A stretch of DNA of 5,758 nt from a virus. Numbering within the stretch: position 1 is the stretch's first letter; each line of letters starts with the position of its first letter. Under the pieces are notes generated by a model. That model did not search any database. It saw only the letters and a list, made by a program, of their open reading frames with translations, and had not been told where the DNA came from. Shown here one piece after another: positions 1 through 4,442 of the stretch. The stretch covers positions 1 to 5,758 of IMG/VR virus record IMGVR_UViG_3300010219_000019. One strand, 5' to 3'. A program made the position numbers and the translations under genes.

Positions 1-55
1 GGCTTTGGCGGCGGTTCGTGCCCGCAGGACATTACCGTGAGCGTGCAGGGCGGAA
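1..55. repeat. Terminal direct repeat, exact copy of 5704-5758 (circular-closure overlap)
   Basis: Base-by-base comparison shows ggctttggcggcggttcgtgcccgcaggacattaccgtgagcgtgcagggcggaa at both ends. Confidence 0.95.
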
Positions 56-189
56 CCTCGCTGAAGGTGTTTTCTTATGCCAAGGGTTGCGAGTTGGTGA
101 GCGGGTACGTAAAGCCCGTCGTTCTTCTGCTTTCCCTCTGGGCGGCGTACATCATTTTGATTCCGGGCGGACCGGGGAGGGTGGACTGA
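1..189 (+). CDS. C-terminal part of the pIII-like adsorption/minor coat protein. It continues the ORF that leaves the window at 5758; 1-55 duplicate 5704-5758.
   Basis: Position 5704 is a codon start in the frame of the 4435 ORF and equals position 1. Frame 1 then reads GFGGGSCPQDITVSVQGGTSLKVFSYAKGCELVSGYVKPVVLLLSLWAAYIILIPGGPGRVD and stops at TGA 187-189. The hydrophobic C-terminal anchor is typical of pIII-type proteins. The stop overlaps the next ATG (TGATG). Confidence 0.75.
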   Translation, partial: GFGGGSCPQDITVSVQGGTSLKVFSYAKGCELVSGYVKPVVLLLSLWAAYIILIPGGPGRVD

Positions 190-476
190 TGCGGCTTGGA
201 ACGTGGCTGCTTGCGATGCTTCAGCCGATGCTCGCCAAGGCGCTGGTCGCCTTGGGCTTTTCCGTGGTGTCCATCACCGGCCTTCAGGCCATCACCGATA
301 ACCTCAAGTCGCAGGCGACTAGCGCACTCGGGCTGCTCTCTCCTGAGATGCTCAATCTTTTTCTTCTGGCTGGTGGCGCGCAGGGCCTCGGGATCATTCT
401 CGGCGCCTGTACGACCAAGCTCATGCTCTGGCAGATCCAGTCCGCAACCAAGATCCTCGGCACTAACCCGGGATAG
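189..476 (+). CDS. pVI-like small integral membrane protein (95 aa), of the type found immediately upstream of zot in many inoviruses (DUF2523-like, recalled not searched)
   Basis: ATG at 189 follows GGAGG (176-180) with an 8-nt spacer. The start overlaps the pIII stop by 1 nt. The product is very hydrophobic (MRLGTWLLAMLQPMLAKALVALGFSVV...GLGIILGACTTKLMLW). It lies between the pIII-like and pI-like genes. The GTG-18 extension in the ORF track overlaps the pIII C-terminus and is not needed. Confidence 0.7.
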   Translation: MRLGTWLLAMLQPMLAKALVALGFSVVSITGLQAITDNLKSQATSALGLLSPEMLNLFLLAGGAQGLGIILGACTTKLMLWQIQSATKILGTNPG

Positions 477-506
477 CGCCGCCAAGCCCTTCGTAGGAGC
501 CACACT

Positions 507-1658
507 ATGCAAACCCTCATCACCGGTACGCCGGGCGCCGGAAAGACCCTCTACGCGATTCAGAGCCTCATCCTTCCCATGCTCGGTCAGGAGGTGACGT
601 ATATCGACGCGGATGGCGAGACTCACACTGTCAAGCGGAGGCTGTTCACCAACATCAAGGGTTTTCAAATCGACCATGAGTTGGTCGAGGCTGGTCCTGG
701 CTGGGATCACGGCACCAAGGGCGGCTGGAGCCAGCCGGACGGCAGCAACAAGAAGGGCTGGCACAACTGGCATGAGTGGGCGCCGGTCGGTGCCATCCTG
801 GTCGTTGACGAGTTCCAGCGCATCTGGCCGAAGCGCGCGAACGGTTCGCCGGTGCCGCCCGATGTGTCGGCCATGGACACACACCGGCATATGGGGGTGG
901 ACTTCATCCTCATCACCCAGAAATTCAGCTTCGACGGCCACATTGAGGGCCTGATCGGGCGCCATCTGCACGTGCGGCGGATTGCCATGATGCCGCTGGC
1001 TATCGTTTACGAGTGGGATGAGGTGTCGAAGTCTCGTCTGTACTCCAAGGCGATCCAGAAACGCCCGTTCCGCTACGACAAGAAGGTCTATCAGCTCTAT
1101 CACTCTGCGGACGCTCACACGAAGCAACCGCGCAAGGTGCCGACGCTGGTCTATGTCGTGCTGGCGGCGCTCGCGTTCGCGGCCTATCAGGTGCCGAACA
1201 GCTGGCAACGGATCACCGGCAAGGGTGAGGAATACGCTAAGCGGACATCTTCCGGGAAGACGACGACAGCGGCCCCGGCAGACCGGGCCAGCGCAGCGCC
1301 GCACGGTCTGCCGGGGCCGCTGGCGGCGGCGTCCGCTCCTTCGGTCGCTGCTGCGGTTCCTGCCGGGCCGGTGCACATGGGGTGTATTGCGTCGGCCTCG
1401 AGGTGTGAGTGTTTCGGGCAGACCGGGGAACGGATCAATGTCGAGGAAAACGAGTGCCGGGAAGCATCGCACCGCGTTTCGTATGTCCTGGGGGGGTATG
1501 GGGCATCGCCCCATGGTGAACGTTCGGCGGGGTACCCGCTGAACCGGCCGGAGCCTGTTTCGTCGGTGCCGTCCGCGCCTTCACCTGGCGCTAGTGCTCC
1601 TGTGGTGTCGGAACGTGGGCACAATCTCAAGCCACCGATGCCGGTTTCATCGTCCTAG
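507..1658 (+). CDS. zot: Zot / pI-family phage assembly ATPase (383 aa)
   Basis: Walker A GTPGAGKT (525-548). Walker B ILVVDE (795-812). A central TM segment (VPTLVYVVLAALAFAAYQV) is followed by an Ala/Pro-rich, Cys-containing C-terminal domain. TAGGAG (494-499) plus a 7-nt spacer precedes the ATG. Confidence 0.9.
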   Translation: MQTLITGTPGAGKTLYAIQSLILPMLGQEVTYIDADGETHTVKRRLFTNIKGFQIDHELVEAGPGWDHGTKGGWSQPDGSNKKGWHNWHEWAPVGAILVVDEFQRIWPKRANGSPVPPDVSAMDTHRHMGVDFILITQKFSFDGHIEGLIGRHLHVRRIAMMPLAIVYEWDEVSKSRLYSKAIQKRPFRYDKKVYQLYHSADAHTKQPRKVPTLVYVVLAALAFAAYQVPNSWQRITGKGEEYAKRTSSGKTTTAAPADRASAAPHGLPGPLAAASAPSVAAAVPAGPVHMGCIASASRCECFGQTGERINVEENECREASHRVSYVLGGYGASPHGERSAGYPLNRPEPVSSVPSAPSPGASAPVVSERGHNLKPPMPVSSS

Positions 1659-2046
1659 AAAACAGACTGCGGCCCTTGTGCCATCCCGCAGTTAATACGA
1701 TGCATATTCCGTCAATCACCTTCTGACGCAATTCCCCAACGCTCTCTGTTGCGGAAGTGACGAAAATCTCCGGCCCGCCAGCCAAAAAACCCCCCTTCAT
1801 CACGTCGAGAATTTGGCGGCCTTCCTCTGTTTTCGCAAGTTGATCTTGCGATCTGGCTAGCAACGCTTCTTCGATGCGTACGCCCGCGATGATGGCCATC
1901 TTTCCGATGTGCACCTCTGTGGGAACGCTTTTCCCCATCTTCCAATCCGTCAGCAGTTGACGCGATACGCCGAGTTTCCCGGCAAGCTTGGACCGCGACC
2001 CGCATACTTTCGCCGCCCTGTCAATAAGTGTTTTAGTAAGTTCCAT
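1627..2046 (-). CDS. Cro/CI-type helix-turn-helix transcriptional repressor (139 aa), the only minus-strand gene
   Basis: ATG at 2046 follows GGAGG (complement of 2052-2056) with a 5-nt spacer. The GTG at 2052 given in the track overlaps this SD, so it is unlikely to be the start. The N-terminal HTH-like segment is GSRSKLAGKLGVSRQLLTDWKMGK. The gene is divergent from the replication/structural operon, as in other temperate inoviruses. Confidence 0.75.
   Translation of the reverse strand: MELTKTLIDRAAKVCGSRSKLAGKLGVSRQLLTDWKMGKSVPTEVHIGKMAIIAGVRIEEALLARSQDQLAKTEEGRQILDVMKGGFLAGGPEIFVTSATESVGELRQKVIDGICIVLTAGWHKGRSLFSRTMKPASVA
1666..1692. terminator. Candidate bidirectional hairpin between the convergent zot and repressor genes (ACTGCGG, 13-nt loop, CCGCAGT)
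   Basis: A 7-bp perfect stem (1666-1672 / 1686-1692) starts 8 nt after the zot stop. On the - strand it is followed by CTGTTTTCT. On the + strand there is no U-run, only relatively AT-rich sequence. The hairpin lies inside the last ~20 codons of the repressor ORF, which argues against simple termination of that transcript. Confidence 0.3.
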
Positions 2047-2111
2047 GTCCACCTCCGGCTGAGCTACGCTCCGGGCGTCAGAACATGTCTGACGTTTCTA
2101 GGAGCCACAAT
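2047..2111. promoter_or_regulatory. Divergent control region between the repressor and the ssDNA-binding gene. It is the longest non-coding stretch in the genome.
   Basis: Position between two divergent starts, each with its own SD. It contains the inverted repeat at 2076-2094 and two CTCCGG direct repeats (2053-2058 and 2069-2074). I could not assign convincing -35/-10 hexamers by eye. Confidence 0.5.
2076..2094. promoter_or_regulatory. Candidate operator: inverted repeat CGTCAGA-acatg-TCTGACG
   Basis: Perfect 7-bp arms with a 5-nt spacer, 6 nt upstream of the ssDNA-binding gene SD. The geometry suits a dimeric HTH repressor. Confidence 0.45.
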
Positions 2112-2396
2112 ATGATCCGTATCACCGTTCCGGCCCTGCCGGTTCGCAACATGAAGGGCATCGGCAAGACCAGCCAGAAGCCCTACGACCTCAACATCCA
2201 GACCGTCTATTGTCACGTCGCTGACGAGAACGGCAAGGCCCTTCCGTTCCCGGAAAAGTCGGAGGTGATCCTCGACGCTGGCCAGTCGCCCTTCGTTCCC
2301 GGCGACTACACCTTGTCCCCCGCCTCGCTGTACGTCGATCGTCAAGGTCGGCTCGCGGTGGCTCCCAAGCTGGTCCCGATCGCGTCGAAGTCCTGA
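2112..2396 (+). CDS. Gene V-like ssDNA-binding protein (94 aa)
   Basis: TAGGAG (2099-2104) plus a 7-nt spacer precedes ATG 2112, which fits better than the upstream ATG 2085 lying inside the operator. It is a small protein and the first gene of the + operon. From memory it resembles the Pf3-type ssDNA-binding protein (KPYDL, PFP, PGDYTL, RQGRLAV segments). This is unverified. Confidence 0.6.
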   Translation: MIRITVPALPVRNMKGIGKTSQKPYDLNIQTVYCHVADENGKALPFPEKSEVILDAGQSPFVPGDYTLSPASLYVDRQGRLAVAPKLVPIASKS

Positions 2397-2413
2397 GCGG
2401 GGGACACCCTCTC

Positions 2414-2602
2414 ATGGTGGACGCATACCACGCTGCGCGCTTGGTGGCCGTAGAGGCTGCCTTGCGCTCGTTGCTGGCTGAGGCCCAGACCTCGGACGCT
2501 CACGATGCGCCGGACGCGGTTGAAGCTGCGTTCACGGCTGACGGTGGGCTCGATGTGACCTACACCCGGCACGGGGTGCCGGTGAGCGGGGAGGGCATGT
2601 GA
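2414..2602 (+). CDS. Hypothetical small acidic Ala-rich protein (62 aa, net charge about -7)
   Basis: ATG follows GGGGGA (2399-2404). My hand count of third-position GC is roughly 80 percent. The stop overlaps the next start (ATGTGA). Confidence 0.55.
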   Translation: MVDAYHAARLVAVEAALRSLLAEAQTSDAHDAPDAVEAAFTADGGLDVTYTRHGVPVSGEGM

Positions 2603-2745
2603 GCAGGCAAGCCCGCTACCTCCGGTTGCTCGCATCGTGGTGCTCTTGGAGTGCGGAGGAACAGGATCGCCTGTCGTCGCGCGACCTTTGGGCCTTCGAT
2701 CAACTGCGCGCGCAAGCTGCGCACCTCATCGGGTTTATGGCATGA
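2599..2745 (+). CDS. Hypothetical protein (48 aa, GTG start), below the ORF-track size cutoff
   Basis: GTG 2599 is the first possible start after an in-frame stop at 2539. GGAGG (2590-2594) lies just upstream. The start overlaps the previous stop and the ORF's stop overlaps the next ATG (ATGA). Third-position GC is about three quarters in this frame and about half in the competing 2637 frame. The product is MSRQARYLRLLASWCSWSAEEQDRLSSRDLWAFDQLRAQAAHLIGFMA. Confidence 0.45.
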   Translation: MSRQARYLRLLASWCSWSAEEQDRLSSRDLWAFDQLRAQAAHLIGFMA

Positions 2746-2936
2746 ACTCGTCGTCGTTCAAGCAGTGGCGCGGCGGCATCGGGTCGCGCTGGCATCTTCG
2801 CATCGCCGGGTACTCCGGGCACATCGTTCAGGTCGTCAACGACTTTGGCGACCTCGTTGCGGTGTCGGGTCAGTGCCGCCGTGTTCGCCTTGCTCGCTAC
2901 GTCATGAAGTACGCGCGGAAGGTCGGCGCGGCATGA
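2742..2936 (+). CDS. Hypothetical 64-aa protein ending in a copy of the Rep active-site tyrosine motif (RYVMKYARK)
   Basis: Internal ATG of track ORF 2637-2936, overlapping the previous stop (ATGA). Third-position GC is above 80 percent by hand count. The C-terminal ARYVMKYARKVGAA matches Rep VRYVMKYASKFDSK. Confidence 0.55.
   Translation: MNSSSFKQWRGGIGSRWHLRIAGYSGHIVQVVNDFGDLVAVSGQCRRVRLARYVMKYARKVGAA
2898..2914 (+). repeat. Exact 17-nt repeat tacgtcatgaagtacgc, copy 1 (copy 2 at 3655-3671)
   Basis: Direct comparison. Both copies are read in frame as YVMKYA. Confidence 0.9.
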
Positions 2937-3082
2937 GGCGCGGCTATCTCACTGATTCGCGCTGGGGCGTCTACTGCGACGGCTGCGGCCTATCTCGCTG
3001 GGCGCGCTCGCTGCTCACGCGGCATCTGCCCGTGTGCGACGAGCATGGTTGCTGGCGCATCGAGTGCGGGTGCTCGGCATGA
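2933..3082 (+). CDS. Small Cys-rich putative zinc-finger protein (49 aa)
   Basis: Internal ATG of track ORF 2651-3082, overlapping the previous stop (ATGA). High third-position GC. The Cys pattern is C15-x2-C18-x16-C35-x4-C40, with additional C45, C47, H31 and H38. Confidence 0.55.
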   Translation: MRRGYLTDSRWGVYCDGCGLSRWARSLLTRHLPVCDEHGCWRIECGCSA

Positions 3083-3996
3083 GGCTGCACTCTGGCACCG
3101 GGGAGGCGCCGCGCAGCGGCGCTGGGGGGCTTGTCCCCAGCATCAACAAGGGGGAAACGCCCCGCAAGGGCCTTCGTGTTGCCCCGGGCGTTGGCCCCCG
3201 GCGTATGGAGACTTCGCGGGATCGGTTCAACGATCTCCGCGAGGGCAGGGTGACGGCGGAGGTCATCACGATTGACACCGTGGAAGCCCGTTGCACTCGC
3301 CTGCGCAAGAACCTCGGGGTCGCTGCCAAGTGGCTGTCTCAGGGGGAAGGGCACGCTTGGATGCTGACCCTCACCTATCGGGACGATGTGGAGTGGTCCC
3401 CCGGGCACGTGAAAGCCTGCATCGCGCATCTGCGTAAGTGGGTGGCGCGCACCTACGGCGGCGCGCTGCGGTATGTCTGGGTGATGGAAACGAAGGCGCG
3501 TCTTTCGGGAGGCAGGAAGGGCGAGTTCCGCCCGCATTACCACGTGGTGGTGTGGCTCCCCAAGGGTGTGCACGCGAGTTCGCTGCACCTCGATGAGAAG
3601 GGCTGGTGGCCTCACGGCATGACGAATGTTGTTCTGGCGGTTGCGCCGGTGCGGTACGTCATGAAGTACGCCAGCAAGTTCGACAGCAAGGACAGTTTTC
3701 CGAAGGGGGCAAGGTGCTATGGCGTTGGTGGCATGGGGTCTGTTGGTCGGCGTTGCCGTACTTGGATCAATCGCCCTCGTTTCGTGCAGGCGCGTGCTGA
3801 CATCTTCACCCGTGTCCGTCGAGCAGTCGGCGGCGGCTGGGATATTGGCGGCACTCACTACGCATCGGAGTGGGCTCTCGCCGGTCGCGGAGGCTCGCTT
3901 GCGCGCCTTGTGCGCGTCGTCACTCATCCCCCGACCGGCATCCAGCCGGACGGCCCGTTTTCCTTCCTCCGCGCTGGCTCCGCAGCGGCAGCGTGA
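3079..3996 (+). CDS. HUH rolling-circle replication initiator, two-tyrosine type (305 aa if it starts at 3079; alternative start ATG 3205)
   Basis: Motif 1 LTLTY (3364-3378). HUH motif HYHVVVW (3535-3555). Motif 3 YVMKY-ASK (3655-3669 onward). This layout resembles phiX174 gpA and P2 gpA (YVAKYVNK type). ATG 3079 overlaps the upstream stop (ATGA). The first ~40 codons are low-complexity and hairpin-rich, so the start is uncertain. Confidence 0.85.
   Translation: MRLHSGTGEAPRSGAGGLVPSINKGETPRKGLRVAPGVGPRRMETSRDRFNDLREGRVTAEVITIDTVEARCTRLRKNLGVAAKWLSQGEGHAWMLTLTYRDDVEWSPGHVKACIAHLRKWVARTYGGALRYVWVMETKARLSGGRKGEFRPHYHVVVWLPKGVHASSLHLDEKGWWPHGMTNVVLAVAPVRYVMKYASKFDSKDSFPKGARCYGVGGMGSVGRRCRTWINRPRFVQARADIFTRVRRAVGGGWDIGGTHYASEWALAGRGGSLARLVRVVTHPPTGIQPDGPFSFLRAGSAAAA
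3121..3241 (+). other. Cluster of GC-rich stem-loops: candidate origin, packaging signal or translational control element
   Basis: GCTGGGG-7nt-CCCCAGC (3121-3141). GGGG-aaacg-CCCC (3151-3163). GGGC-gttg-GCCC (3186-3197). CGCGGGATCG-gttcaa-CGATC(T)CCGCG, a 10-bp stem with one bulge (3215-3241). Confidence 0.4.
3655..3671 (+). repeat. Exact 17-nt repeat tacgtcatgaagtacgc, copy 2 (inside Rep motif 3)
   Basis: Identical to 2898-2914. Confidence 0.9.
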
Positions 3997-4028
3997 GGTT
4001 TTTCAATCCCTGCGGTAGGAGTGTTCTC

Positions 4029-4238
4029 ATGAAAAAGCAAATCGCCCTTCGCCTCGCCTCCATTCCGGCGTTCGTCCTCGCCACCATCGGCGGCGCGCAC
4101 GCTGCGGTGCCGGAAGGCGTGACTACGGCCATCACCTCGGCCGGCGCCGATCTGGTGACGGTCGTGACCGCCGTCATCGTGGCGTTCATCGCCTTTTGGG
4201 GCCTGCGCAAGCTGGGCGCCAAGTTCGGCTGGCTGTAA
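4029..4238 (+). CDS. Major coat protein (pVIII-like), a 69-aa precursor
   Basis: TAGGAG (4016-4021) plus a 7-nt spacer precedes ATG 4029. The signal peptide MKKQIALRLASIPAFVLATIGGAHA has an AHA-A cleavage site. The mature ~44 aa has an acidic N-terminus (E, D), a hydrophobic core (LVTVVTAVIVAFIAFWGL) and a basic C-terminus (RKLGAKFGWL). The track's 3870 start is an upstream extension overlapping rep. Confidence 0.85.
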   Translation: MKKQIALRLASIPAFVLATIGGAHAAVPEGVTTAITSAGADLVTVVTAVIVAFIAFWGLRKLGAKFGWL

Positions 4239-4256
4239 TCCGCCCGGGCGCTCTCC

Positions 4257-4442
4257 ATGGACCCGATCCAGACGACCAGCTGCACCGGTGAGTGCACCGT
4301 GACGCTGGTCGTGGAGAGCGCGCCCATCACCGTGGAGAACGCGGACGACCTCATGGGGATGTGGTGGGGTTTCATGGCGGCGCTGGCGGCCGTCTGGGGT
4401 CTCAAACGCATCTACGCACTTTTCAATTCCGACAATGGCTGA
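4257..4442 (+). CDS. Small coat-like membrane protein (61 aa), a candidate minor virion protein
   Basis: Very high third-position GC (about 87 percent by hand count). It has an acidic N-terminal half, one TM segment (MWWGFMAALAAVWGL) and then a basic KR. No signal peptide and no clear SD. It lies between the major coat and pIII-like genes. Confidence 0.6.
   Translation: MDPIQTTSCTGECTVTLVVESAPITVENADDLMGMWWGFMAALAAVWGLKRIYALFNSDNG

Noticed and set aside
18-188. GTG-18 N-terminal extension of the 18-476 ORF
   Set aside because: It overlaps the in-frame C-terminal end of the pIII-like gene. ATG 189 has a GGAGG 8 nt upstream and overlaps the pIII stop.
75-1514. A 479-aa ORF on the minus strand, the longest in the track
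   Set aside because: It is antisense to the pVI-like and zot genes, in the frame whose first codon position pairs with their GC-rich third position. Stops, which all begin with T, are therefore rarely generated. The product is Arg/Pro-rich low-complexity sequence with no motifs. This is a classic shadow ORF of a high-GC genome.
1686-1716. A relatively AT-rich patch (cagttaatacgatgcatattccgtcaat) as a dif-like XerCD attP
   Set aside because: Its match to dif-type cores (such as ...CATAATGTATATTATGTTAAAT) is only vague and needs gaps. It lies within the repressor coding sequence. No second inverted site was seen.
1722-1728. An extra copy of the operator half-site TCTGACG inside the repressor gene
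   Set aside because: A single 7-mer is expected about once by chance in 5.7 kb counting both strands, and there is no partner half-site.
2085-2111. ATG 2085 as the start of the ssDNA-binding gene
   Set aside because: It has no SD and lies within the inverted repeat. ATG 2112 has TAGGAG plus 7 nt, the same arrangement as upstream of zot and the coat gene.
2705-2714. The alternating purine-pyrimidine palindrome TGCGCGCGCA
   Set aside because: It is short, lies in coding sequence (QLRAQA), and is unremarkable for this base composition.
2637-3082. The long versions of track ORFs 2637-2936 (99 aa) and 2651-3082 (143 aa), and the GTG-3034 start for rep
   Set aside because: Their upstream parts have low third-position GC (about half), while the overlapping alternative frame has about three quarters or more. 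Internal ATGs that exactly overlap the preceding stop give a consistent non-overlapping chain.
2971-3927. A 318-aa minus-strand ORF antisense to rep
   Set aside because: It has the same shadow-frame relationship to the rep frame and an Arg/Pro/Ala-rich product. The + strand frame carries clear HUH Rep motifs.
4241-4250. The perfect 10-bp palindrome CGCCCGGGCG right after the coat gene stop, as a terminator
   Set aside because: It is too short to form a stable hairpin with a loop, and no T-tract follows. It contains a SmaI/XmaI site and may be coincidental in GC-rich DNA.
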